Source of the DNA: Promethearchaeota archaeon
Lineage (GTDB): Archaea; Asgardarchaeota; Lokiarchaeia; Sigyniarchaeales; SOKP01
DNA: 18,694 nucleotides
Direction: 5' to 3'
NCBI GenBank assembly: GCA_016839745.1
Contig: JAEOTS010000166.1
Location: 1-18,694, forward strand
Below the pieces are notes generated by a model, which saw only the letters and a list, made by a program, of their open reading frames with translations, was not told the DNA's origin and searched no databases. The position numbers were made by a program, and so were the translations under genes. Below, in pieces: positions 1-8,596 of this stretch. Within the stretch, counting starts at the first letter, position 1, and each line of letters starts with the position of its first letter.

Positions 1-832
1 ATCCGATAAAAGGCGCATCTTTTGGATCAATAGGTTCTTTCGAGTATACATCTATACAAGCTCCTCCAATTTTATTGTTTTTTAGCGCGTTATATAGTGC
101 TTGTTCATTTACAACTCCTCCTCGGGCGACATTAACAAGTACCGCAGTAGATTTCATTTTTTCGATCTCAGAATAACTAATTAGATCTTTTGTTTGAGCG
201 GTTAAAGGAACGTGAATCGTAATATAATCTGATCGAGCTAAAAAATCGTCAAAATTATCCAATAACTCAACCCCTAAATCTTGACCACGCTTTTTTGGAA
301 CAAATCTATCAAACGCAACAATGTTCATATTAAATGCTTGACATTTTTTTACAACGGCGGCTCCTATATTTCCTAATCCAATAACTCCTACCGTTTTCCC
401 TTGTAACTCATAACCCCTTAAGAGTTTTTTATCCCATTTACCTTCACGCATTGAACTGTTCGCTTTATAAACATTTCGGGCAAAATTTAACATAAGACCT
501 ATTGTGAGCTCAACAACCGCATTAGTATTGCCTAAGGGAGTTATTAAAACAACAATACCATGTTTATTACATTCCTCAATATTTATGTTATCGTAACCAG
601 TTCCAGCTCGAACAATAACTTTCAATTTTTTCCCCTCACTAATTACATCCGGAGTGATTTTAGTAGCGCTCCTAACGATAATTCCATCGAATTGCTCTAC
701 AATTTCAAGAAGTTCTTCTTTACTTGTTTTATCTTTGATCGTGAGTTCAAAATTTTTGAATTTTTTTAATATCTCGACTCCTTCTTGAGCTAACCCATCC
801 GAGACCAAAACTTTGTACTTCTTTAATTCCAT
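1..832 (-). CDS. serA: D-3-phosphoglycerate dehydrogenase / D-2-hydroxyacid dehydrogenase (3' end runs off the window)
   Basis: Not in the ORF track; translated by hand: MELKKYKVLVSDGLAQEG...IIVRSATK...RAGTGYDNI...GKTVGVIGLGNIG...IHVPLT...NVARGGVVNE...DVYSKEP. Has the GxGxxG Rossmann motif and the catalytic Arg (ARGG) and Glu (EP). An alternative in-frame ATG lies at 838. Substrate specificity is not certain. Confidence 0.85.
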   Translation of the reverse strand, partial: MELKKYKVLVSDGLAQEGVEILKKFKNFELTIKDKTSKEELLEIVEQFDGIIVRSATKITPDVISEGKKLKVIVRAGTGYDNINIEECNKHGIVVLITPLGNTNAVVELTIGLMLNFARNVYKANSSMREGKWDKKLLRGYELQGKTVGVIGLGNIGAAVVKKCQAFNMNIVAFDRFVPKKRGQDLGVELLDNFDDFLARSDYITIHVPLTAQTKDLISYSEIEKMKSTAVLVNVARGGVVNEQALYNALKNNKIGGACIDVYSKEPIDPKDAPFIG

Positions 833-1026
833 AATCATTCATACCCATTATAGCAATTAACTTTTAATTCAACGCTTATTAGAAATAAATACTGTAAATT
901 TATTATCTTTTCGTATCAAATATCTAGTTTTATTGAGACCTTATCTAGTCTTGCTCCTAATATAATATTAAAAAAATGAAAAAAATATGTGAAAACGCTT
1001 TATAATAAGAAATAGATATAGAATTT

Positions 1027-1061
1027 AAAAAATAAAAAATAATAATTAGAAAATAAAAAAA
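1027..1061 (-). terminator. Oligo-T tract, probable archaeal intrinsic terminator
   Basis: A-rich runs on + (T-rich on -) immediately after the stop of 1064..2422. Confidence 0.5.
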
Positions 1062-1063
1062 TT

Positions 1064-2422
1064 TTAATAAAATTCGCAATCTTCAAGTATCATAGATAGA
1101 TCTATAACTGGCAAATCTGGTTTTGTTTGACTGGCAGCTAAATGTAAATTATTCTTACAAAAGACACAAGCGCTAACTAAAACCTCGGCTTCTGATTCGA
1201 TTGCTTCCTTTAAACGGTCTTCGTTAATGTTTTCCCAGCATGCTACAGTTTCGTCTAAGCGATTGCTAGCAATATCAAGCGAGATTTCTCCGTATAAAGC
1301 TCTTACTCCGCCACCCGCGCCACAGCATAACGACATTTCTTTGTTATGTTTCATCTCTATGAACTTAACGCCTTCGATCATGTTCATTAGCTCTCTTGGC
1401 TCGTCGTAAACACCACAATATCTTCCCAAATGGCAAGGATCGTGATACGTAATAATCATTGGGTCTTCTTTTGTACGCTTCGTATATCTTATTTTGAGTC
1501 CCTTTTGTTTTACGATTTTAGGAACGAATTGAACCAAGTGAGAAAGTTCAAAGGGAAGTTCTCCAACAAATTGAGGATATTCAGTGGTAAACGTAGAAAA
1601 ACAGCCAGCGCAAGAAAAGACGAGTTCTTTAACTCCTAACTTTTGGATCATCTCAGTATTATATTTAACTAATTGAACAGCTTCGTCTTCTAGTCCCGTT
1701 CGGAACATTACCGACCCACAACAATATTCATCGGGAAAAACGATGAACTTCACGCCTAATTTATCTAAAATTCGACAAGTTGCTGTGCTTAACTCATTAT
1801 TACGATACGAACTTGTACAACCTACGAAATAACCAACTAAATGCTCATCTATATCGCTTGCTTTTAATTCTCCAGATTCTATTTTTCTAGTATGTTCTAC
1901 TCCTCGTTGGTAAGCGTCATATCCTTCTATACAAGTTTCCGAATCACACCAGGTATATCTATCAGTTCCATCTTCGAGAAATGGATTTTTATTTGTTAGT
2001 ATCGAGTTTTTTAAGATTGCCAATTTTTCAGGTAGAACCCCTTTACGCACGGCAGTTCTTCTGTAATTTTGAAAAACTTCTAATGTATCGATTCCTACCG
2101 GGCAAACGGTCCTGCAATGGCCACAAAGCATACACTGATAGAGCGAAGGAATGATATCTTCTTTATTGAAATCAATCTCCCTTTTAGATAAAGCCTTGAG
2201 GATTCTATTTCGTCCACCAGCATAATCTCTTTCGGAAAAAGTTACATTATACACTCTACAAACGTTACGGCAATATCCGCACTGAATACATCGCTCGTAA
2301 TCTTCGTCAGTTTTATATCCAGGATCAACTAAATTCTCTTGATCTGGCGCAAACATGGAAGAAACTGTAGGACCAGTCGTTACTACTTTTTCAACATCAT
2401 TACTTACTTTTTCATCACTCAT
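1064..2422 (-). CDS. Fe-S oxidoreductase, GlcF/HdrD-like (2x[4Fe-4S] plus two CCG domains)
   Basis: Cluster motifs CIQCGYCRNVC and CMLCGHCRTVCP. CCG domain 1 is GC...YCCGS...SCAGC and CCG domain 2 is YHDPCHLGR...CCGAGGG...ACVFC. SD GAGGT lies before the ATG. Confidence 0.9.
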   Translation of the reverse strand: MSDEKVSNDVEKVVTTGPTVSSMFAPDQENLVDPGYKTDEDYERCIQCGYCRNVCRVYNVTFSERDYAGGRNRILKALSKREIDFNKEDIIPSLYQCMLCGHCRTVCPVGIDTLEVFQNYRRTAVRKGVLPEKLAILKNSILTNKNPFLEDGTDRYTWCDSETCIEGYDAYQRGVEHTRKIESGELKASDIDEHLVGYFVGCTSSYRNNELSTATCRILDKLGVKFIVFPDEYCCGSVMFRTGLEDEAVQLVKYNTEMIQKLGVKELVFSCAGCFSTFTTEYPQFVGELPFELSHLVQFVPKIVKQKGLKIRYTKRTKEDPMIITYHDPCHLGRYCGVYDEPRELMNMIEGVKFIEMKHNKEMSLCCGAGGGVRALYGEISLDIASNRLDETVACWENINEDRLKEAIESEAEVLVSACVFCKNNLHLAASQTKPDLPVIDLSMILEDCEFY

Positions 2423-2450
2423 TTTTATTTTTACCTCTATTCAATTTTTT

Positions 2451-3917
2451 TTAGGCTGTTCTGTATAATCGTTTCGCTATCCAAAAAAGGAGTCCGACGC
2501 GCCAAGTTCTCATTTTTGCTTTCACTAATCTATAAGAGTTAACGAGATCTTTGGGGTCTAATTTATTTTTCAAATTTAATAAGTACGCTGCTTTTTCAGG
2601 GTTAAACCTAAGAAAATAGAATGTGTTTACTACACCTAGGGTGTATAAAATGTCTTTATTTTCGTAGTTGTTTATTGTAATATCGTTAAAAACTGCTTTA
2701 ATTCCGAAAAATTCTCGAGAGTTTTTAATATCCGAAAGACCAAATAGTTTAACTCTATTCCCTCCTTTAGCTCCAGACATTAGATAAAATGCGTGTCGAT
2801 ACCGTTGCCTAGAAGTTTTTTCCTGGTAAAAGTCGTAAAAATCTTCAACTCTATCATCTGATACCCAATATTCTTGAAAAACGAGATTTTCACACCATCG
2901 TCCAACATTTAATTCAGTATCAGCTATGTCACGCCATTTTTCCTTTAGGTACCATTCCTCAACACTAAGTCCGTCTAATTTTGAAGCTGATTCTTTAGCA
3001 AATGAAACGCTCTGGGAGGTCGCATTAGGATTGTCAGAATATACTGCATAGACAAAATAAGCTCGAGATGGATAAGTCCAGTGAGCATACTTCTCAAAAT
3101 GTTTATCAGAAAGCGAAAGGAAAAGCGGTTTGTTTGTATCGCTATTTTTCAGAGTTCGAAAAAACTCAATTGCCATTTTAAATGTATTAAAGCTGTATCC
3201 TATCATTTCCATTGAAGTTTTAAGAGTAGTTACTTCTAATTCTACTTCAGCAACAGCACCAAATATACCAAAAGAGCCTATGATGTCATCAAGTGATAAA
3301 TCTCCTTGAGAATCCCGGGATATTGTCTCTGTAGAGCCATCAGGCTTCACAAAAACAACAGATCGTAATACATCCTTCATTATTCCGTTTTTCAAGACAC
3401 CAATTCCTACTTTACCGCTAGTAGCGACAAATCCGCTAACACAACTAGCCCTATAGCTAGTTGGATAACATTTTGGAGCTAATCCGTAGTCGAGAAGTTC
3501 TTCAATGAGTTTCTGCCACGCAATTCCTGCATCGCATTTAACAATCATGTTTTCCTTGTCAATTTTGTGTACATTGTTCATTCGTCGCAGATCAATTATT
3601 ACACCCCCTTTAGTAGGCGTGGAAGCTGAATAGCACGAAGTTCCCGCGGCTCGTAGGGTTACAGGCATTGAATATTGGTAGCATTTTTGCATTAATTTAG
3701 AAAGCTCTTCGGTGTTGCCAGGACGAATTACATGAGTGGCTTGATATTCTTCTTTAAACTTATAGTGATACTTCGATAACAACGAAAGATCACCGGAAGT
3801 TGCTTCAATCTCGTATCGATCTGTGCTTACGTGGGGGGAGGGTATGAATTCTTCTACTTCTTTTGTAAAATTAGTCTTTCCAATTTCTTGTTTTTTTTCA
3901 ACTTTTGTTTCATTCAT
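2451..3917 (-). CDS. FAD-binding oxidoreductase, GlcD/D-lactate dehydrogenase (PCMH/VAO-type) family
   Basis: Motifs RPGNTEEL, VTLRAAGTS, GGVIIDLRRMN, CVSGFVAT, IGSFGIFG and C-terminal KLDPKDLVN. The track's GTG at 3929 lies inside the SD GAGGTGA, so the ATG at 3917 is the likelier start. Confidence 0.85.
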   Translation of the reverse strand: MNETKVEKKQEIGKTNFTKEVEEFIPSPHVSTDRYEIEATSGDLSLLSKYHYKFKEEYQATHVIRPGNTEELSKLMQKCYQYSMPVTLRAAGTSCYSASTPTKGGVIIDLRRMNNVHKIDKENMIVKCDAGIAWQKLIEELLDYGLAPKCYPTSYRASCVSGFVATSGKVGIGVLKNGIMKDVLRSVVFVKPDGSTETISRDSQGDLSLDDIIGSFGIFGAVAEVELEVTTLKTSMEMIGYSFNTFKMAIEFFRTLKNSDTNKPLFLSLSDKHFEKYAHWTYPSRAYFVYAVYSDNPNATSQSVSFAKESASKLDGLSVEEWYLKEKWRDIADTELNVGRWCENLVFQEYWVSDDRVEDFYDFYQEKTSRQRYRHAFYLMSGAKGGNRVKLFGLSDIKNSREFFGIKAVFNDITINNYENKDILYTLGVVNTFYFLRFNPEKAAYLLNLKNKLDPKDLVNSYRLVKAKMRTWRVGLLFWIAKRLYRTA

Positions 3918-3930
3918 TTTCTTTTTCACC

Positions 3931-4548
3931 TCAAAAGTATAAGGGAGGAACGGGAAGTTCTAATAAGAGCCCTAAAAGAAAAGCGCCCCACCAACCGGCT
4001 AAGGTAAAGTATCCAGTCAACCTAGCGAGATTTCGTTGTCCAGAAGCCCCAAATAAGAAGCTTGCGGAACCCGTCATCAAACCAAAGGCTCCGAGAAATA
4101 TATGAAGCACATGGATCATTCCGGAATAGTTAAGTATTTCCAATGGAGTCAAGAATACTAATAGAATAACATTTATTATTGTAACTATCAGAGCCCCTCC
4201 TGCACAATATCCGTGCCATAAAACATATTTCGCCTCGTCGTATAAGACAAGAATTGTGCCAATCGATAATGAAATTAATGCTGGCAAACCTAGAATTATA
4301 CCTATATGCCAACTACCAAAATTTGGATCAAATCCAGGAGATTGATATTCAACTAGTCTAAACGGAAATATTTCAATGCCGTTCAATACGACTATTACAG
4401 TCATCAAAGTTCCGAATATGATCGCCATAATCCATATTAGAACTTTTTGCGTACCTTTTTTTCTAAAGTTCAATATTAAAATCAATGCTATAAATATTGC
4501 AACAGCTGCAACGGATAGTAATATTTGTATTTCAGGTGTTATTACCAT
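3931..4548 (-). CDS. Membrane protein (~6 TM), DUF420/CtaM-like or cytochrome b-like His-containing helical bundle
   Basis: Intramembrane His81, His112, His146 and His149. The LHIFLG...ARLTGYFTLAGW...LLG segment resembles the DUF420 C-terminus. Its stop overlaps the SD of the FAD oxidoreductase, and it lies directly downstream of ctaB. Confidence 0.5.
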   Translation of the reverse strand: MVITPEIQILLSVAAVAIFIALILILNFRKKGTQKVLIWIMAIIFGTLMTVIVVLNGIEIFPFRLVEYQSPGFDPNFGSWHIGIILGLPALISLSIGTILVLYDEAKYVLWHGYCAGGALIVTIINVILLVFLTPLEILNYSGMIHVLHIFLGAFGLMTGSASFLFGASGQRNLARLTGYFTLAGWWGAFLLGLLLELPVPPLYF

Positions 4549-4658
4549 ATATCTTACCTTTTTTTTTAAATTAGTTTATGATTAAATTTTAAATATTCAA
4601 TATTATCATTTATGATAATAAATAAAGATTTTTATTGTAAAATAGAAAGTAAGACGAG

Positions 4659-5543
4659 TTATATTAAAAGAACACCTAAAAACACTAATAAAAATCCAAG
4701 GATCATATAGAGAGAAGCAATCTTAAAAATGAGGAATGTGAGCTTATTTGAGGGTTTTATTAAGTTCTTTATTACTAAAATTATTATTAAAACGCAACAA
4801 ACACCCCAAATGATTCTTATAATTGCGTTTGCGCCTAGCAGTCTAGCAACTTCGTAAAGTGCTATACTGCTGATGAATGCTCCAATAGCGATAACCCGCA
4901 TGGTTTGGGCTTCCGAACTTACTATTGGCCACATAGGAACTCCCGCATCCTTATAACCTTTAAAATTTCGTGGTATTAATGCTATTGTGAGGATGTGAAC
5001 GGGAATCCAAGCTAAAATGAATATAAGAAATAGGAATCCAATCCAATCTAAGGTTCCGGTAATCGCTACTCTACCAGCCCAGGCGGGAAGACCACCCGCA
5101 ATTCCACCAAAAATTATGCTATATTTAGTTCTTCTTTTTAATAGTATGGTATATATTACAACATCGAAGAAAAAACCGAAAAATATAATTACAGCTGCTA
5201 TCCAATTGAGCGTTAAGAACGATAGAAACACTCCCACTACAGTTAACACTATTCCTATTATAAGGGCTATAGAAGGGGAAATTTTACCAGTTGGTAATGG
5301 GCGTTCCTTTGTTCGTTCCATGATCGCATCGATATCTCTGTCAATATACATATTTAATACGGTCGTACCTGATACGGCGAAATATAGCGATATTACCAAA
5401 TGTAATAGGTTAAACCAATTAATCTCAGCGGCATTGCTAGCTACCGTAATTAAGTAAGACAAAACTCCAGTGTAAACTAAAAGAATAGTCTGTCTTGCTT
5501 TTATTAGATTTCCAAAGAGAGAGAGTAGGTTTTTTAGGTTCAA
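4659..5543 (-). CDS. ctaB: Protoheme IX farnesyltransferase (heme O synthase), UbiA family
   Basis: Signature motifs LNMYIDRDIDAIMERTKERPLPTG, YTILLKRRT..SIIFGGIAGGLP, WIPVH and YKDAGVPM. TTG start. Confidence 0.93.
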   Translation of the reverse strand: MNLKNLLSLFGNLIKARQTILLVYTGVLSYLITVASNAAEINWFNLLHLVISLYFAVSGTTVLNMYIDRDIDAIMERTKERPLPTGKISPSIALIIGIVLTVVGVFLSFLTLNWIAAVIIFFGFFFDVVIYTILLKRRTKYSIIFGGIAGGLPAWAGRVAITGTLDWIGFLFLIFILAWIPVHILTIALIPRNFKGYKDAGVPMWPIVSSEAQTMRVIAIGAFISSIALYEVARLLGANAIIRIIWGVCCVLIIILVIKNLIKPSNKLTFLIFKIASLYMILGFLLVFLGVLLI

Positions 5544-5593
5544 TCTATCTTCAACAAAATAGTTGTTATTTGGAATATTTTCCTTATTAGGAG

Positions 5594-5601
5594 TTTATAA
5601 G
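5594..5601 (-). promoter_or_regulatory. Probable TATA box (CTTATAAA) for ctaB
   Basis: About 50 nt upstream of the start. The identical octamer recurs at 10484-10491 and 12089-12096, upstream of other minus-strand genes. Confidence 0.5.
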
Positions 5602-5649
5602 TTAAATTAAAAATACCATTTAAAATTTTATTTAGATAAAAATAAGCAG

Positions 5650-5671
5650 AAAAAAAAGATTAGAAAAAAAA
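5650..5671 (-). terminator. Oligo-T tract after protein A
   Basis: Two 8-nt A-runs on + just past the stop at 5683. Confidence 0.45.
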
Positions 5672-5682
5672 TTTAATAGATC

Positions 5683-7215
5683 TTAAACTGTCTTTTCGGT
5701 CAGAATCTGGGGTTTAGAAGCTGGTCCTCCGTGACGAGTTGGTGGCAGCGTTTTTACATTTTTACCAAGCGCGTACAATCCGATGACAAAACCTACTAAG
5801 AGAAACCATACTCCTATAAATGTAACAGTCCTAAAGAGTTCAAAATTTTCCAATGGTAAAGGACGTACCATATGCATCATTGCGAAAGGAAATGTTAAAT
5901 TAAATCCGATAAAAAATATCCAACCTAGGATTTTTTTTAATCGACCTTTAACCTGGAAAAAGTCAATAGCGTGTACCATCAACGCCACAGCGATCATGAC
6001 TGCCAATTGATGCCAATGTGCTACATTAAAATTATATTCCAATGTTACCATATCATGTAATCTATAATATTCGTCTGTAGTAAGCCCAACATAGATTTGA
6101 GGGAAAACTAAAAGTTGTGCTATCATAAGAAGATAATAATATGACATCTTTACAGGTTCACTAAACAAAGCTCTAATCTTTTGTCCGCGCGATGCATCTC
6201 GGTAATCGTCTCCAAGTTTATCTTTAATAACATTCTTCAAGCCAATTATTGACATAATTAATGTCCCAAGGATCAATAAACCAGCACCCACCCATATTAT
6301 ATAGTGGTTTAGAACCCAAGCACCATAAGATAATGTTATAACGCCAATTGGAGTAAACAATAAGATATATCTAAAAATCTTACCTCTCATTTTACTCGTA
6401 CGGAAGGCAACCAACATAACCATAGCTGCTGATTGAGCTAGCTGTATGTGAAGGTGACCAACTATCATGTCTTGGACGATATCGTGATGTCCCCCAAATG
6501 TAATACCTTTTCTAATGATTGCTTCTGCCAAGAACGCAATAGGCTCACGGCCTAGACCCCAAATAGTACCCGTAAAGTTTTCAATGGCGGAAAGGGCTCC
6601 GTATATTGCTGAAACCATAATGCATATCGCTAGAACTACAAGGTTGAAATACTCTAAGTTCAATCCACGGAATGTAGATCCTCTTGGATTGTGTTTAGGA
6701 AATCTACCTTTCACTGGCCAAGCTGAAATAATAAACACTATTCCACCGATAAAAACCAACAGTAAGCCGAAAGTGAAAAGTTCGTGGAAAAGTCTAATAC
6801 GTGTATAGGCAAAAAGCATTCCGTTTATACCTACGATAAACGCACTAGGTACTAAAAGAATTTTTAAAGTTGGAAGCAACTTCGGACGGATTTCGTAGTG
6901 TTCTAATATCCAGAATACGTTCGCTACAAAAAAAGGTAAAGCTAACGAGTGATATATCATGACAAGACGAGCTGTTCTTGATATTACGTCGTCGTTAAGG
7001 AAGAAAGGCCAGATCGGCTCTCCCCCTATTAGAACAGTCAAGGGTTCGGAAAATGTCATATACCATAGAACTTGAATAAAAACGAATACGAACAAAACAT
7101 AATGTATCTTCTTAAAACTCGTTTGTATTTCAGGTTTCATCTCCTGCGTTTCCATTGAGGATTCTCGACCAGTTTGCATTGGGACTGTTTCTGTTTCTAT
7201 TTCTATTTTTAGCAC
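5683..7215 (-). CDS. Protein A: 12-TM heme-copper-oxidase-subunit-I-like protein lacking canonical CuB/FeB ligands
   Basis: Twelve hydrophobic segments. His occur in helix II (YH89SLALP), IV (FH144EL), VI (GH254LH256) and X (VAH400WH402). Helix XI WIFFIGFNLTFP resembles COX1 FxGVNLTFFP. The exact start is uncertain. Confidence 0.65.
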   Translation of the reverse strand: MLKIEIETETVPMQTGRESSMETQEMKPEIQTSFKKIHYVLFVFVFIQVLWYMTFSEPLTVLIGGEPIWPFFLNDDVISRTARLVMIYHSLALPFFVANVFWILEHYEIRPKLLPTLKILLVPSAFIVGINGMLFAYTRIRLFHELFTFGLLLVFIGGIVFIISAWPVKGRFPKHNPRGSTFRGLNLEYFNLVVLAICIMVSAIYGALSAIENFTGTIWGLGREPIAFLAEAIIRKGITFGGHHDIVQDMIVGHLHIQLAQSAAMVMLVAFRTSKMRGKIFRYILLFTPIGVITLSYGAWVLNHYIIWVGAGLLILGTLIMSIIGLKNVIKDKLGDDYRDASRGQKIRALFSEPVKMSYYYLLMIAQLLVFPQIYVGLTTDEYYRLHDMVTLEYNFNVAHWHQLAVMIAVALMVHAIDFFQVKGRLKKILGWIFFIGFNLTFPFAMMHMVRPLPLENFELFRTVTFIGVWFLLVGFVIGLYALGKNVKTLPPTRHGGPASKPQILTEKTV

Positions 7216-7311
7216 CTTTATTTGTTTACTAGATTAAAAAAAATATTTTTTTACTAATTAAATACATATTGATTAATATATCTTTTGCTTAAGTTTGCTA
7301 AAAACCTTACG

Positions 7312-7351
7312 TTGTTAAGAATATCTTAACAATAGAATATCTATTCTATTG
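7312..7351. promoter_or_regulatory. Two overlapping perfect inverted repeats, putative transcription-factor sites
   Basis: TTGTTAAGA-ata-TCTTAACAA (7312-7332) and CAATAGAATA-tc-TATTCTATTG (7330-7351), about 100-135 nt upstream of protein A. Confidence 0.55.
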
Positions 7352-7487
7352 AATAAAAATTTGATAATTCGGATATAGGATAAAATAGAGTTTTTTGTTT
7401 ACTTAATATATTATGATTAATAGACATCTGGAATAAATTGTGTGAATTTAGTAAATTAATATTAGAAAATTAGTAGATGTCATCAAT

Positions 7488-7508
7488 AAAATAAAAAGAA
7501 AAAAAAAA
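7488..7508 (-). terminator. Oligo-T tract after the 7-TM gene
   Basis: Long A-run on + downstream of the stop at 7541. Confidence 0.45.
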
Positions 7509-7540
7509 TTTTTGCAAAAATGCTTTTTGATTATTTTAAA

Positions 7541-8290
7541 TTAATCTTCTAATTCGATTCCTGGAATTGCAAAGTTCCATCTTTTAGGAACGAATGTTCC
7601 CCAAGCAAAACATAATCCAGCTCCAAGGTAGACGAATGGAAATACATTAAAGACTATTAGTAAATATTCGTCAGTCGCAAGAATACCAAGGGTTGCAAGA
7701 GCTAAGAGAACTCCGACGAGACCCATTAGAACACCTGCTAAAGTCATTGCCAGTGCTGAAATTCCGTTTTCTTCTCTCGTTTGTAATGGAAGCCAAATTA
7801 TTAAAATTGCACTTGGAACGTGTAAAATCATTACTAAAATCGGTACAACTAATGCGGGAACGACAATCACTGTAGCTAAATTCTCAAGTTCAACAAGTTT
7901 AAAGAATCCTATTACGAGGGACATAATAACAACATAGTATAATAGGTAATTTCCCATTTTATCCTTTTCAGGCTTCACATTTTTAAATAGACCTACAGCA
8001 AACAGTCCTACCATTAATGCGTATAAAGTTGCTGGTACAGGATCTAGGAAAGTCGTGAAACTTCCACTAAATATAGCTACGTGAGTATTTATCCAAATCA
8101 AAGTGAAGGAAATACCCCAATATAAATGCGCAGGTTTCCTAGTAGTGAGATAGGAAGACAACAGAAATAACGCGAAAATAATCGCGACAATAGCTACCAT
8201 CCAGAATGCAATTTCGGCTACCTTTCCACTTCCAAAGTAAGTACAGAAATCCCACGGAGTATCCGGACAAGCTCCTTGAAATAACACCAT
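7541..8290 (-). CDS. Hypothetical 7-TM membrane protein
   Basis: Seven hydrophobic segments and an N-terminal CPDTPWDFC. The track's GTG at 8302 is part of the SD-like GAGTGA, so the ATG at 8290 is preferred. Confidence 0.75.
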   Translation of the reverse strand: MVLFQGACPDTPWDFCTYFGSGKVAEIAFWMVAIVAIIFALFLLSSYLTTRKPAHLYWGISFTLIWINTHVAIFSGSFTTFLDPVPATLYALMVGLFAVGLFKNVKPEKDKMGNYLLYYVVIMSLVIGFFKLVELENLATVIVVPALVVPILVMILHVPSAILIIWLPLQTREENGISALAMTLAGVLMGLVGVLLALATLGILATDEYLLIVFNVFPFVYLGAGLCFAWGTFVPKRWNFAIPGIELED

Positions 8291-8506
8291 TTTTGATATC
8301 ACTCTTTTTTTATATTTTTTTTTATAATTTAATTTATTAATTATTTAAAAAAGTTTTTTTCGATGTTTTTTTTAAATAATAGTTACTATTAGAAAGATGG
8401 TTCTATATAAAAGTTTGTTGTCCACTTTTTTCCCTTATGTATTAATGTGAATGCTTATTCATTAGCACGATATATTAGAATAAAATTACAGCAAAAAAAA
8501 TGAATC

Positions 8507-8514
8507 TTTATAAA
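8507..8514 (+). promoter_or_regulatory. Probable TATA box (TTTATAAA) for the + strand membrane protein
   Basis: Consensus archaeal TATA in a divergent intergenic region. A minus-strand counterpart (TTTTATATA) lies at 8404-8412. Confidence 0.4.
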
Positions 8515-8596
8515 TAAGATTGTATCCTACTATATAATCAATAGAATTTTTTCTATTTGTTTAAAAAAATTTATAAAAAAAAATATAAAAAAAAAC

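Noticed and set aside
3910-3933. Selenocysteine read-through of the TGA ending 3931..4548
   Set aside because: Read-through adds only a few residues before another TGA, there is no redox motif context, and the region serves as the SD of the next gene.
7186-7210. Short GAAAYA hexamer repeats at the start of protein A
   Set aside because: They only encode the low-complexity E-I-E-T-E-T N-terminus and are too short to be a repeat element.
7541-8290. 7-TM protein as a rhodopsin
   Set aside because: The seventh helix (NVFPFVYLGAGLCFAWG) has no retinal-binding Lys.
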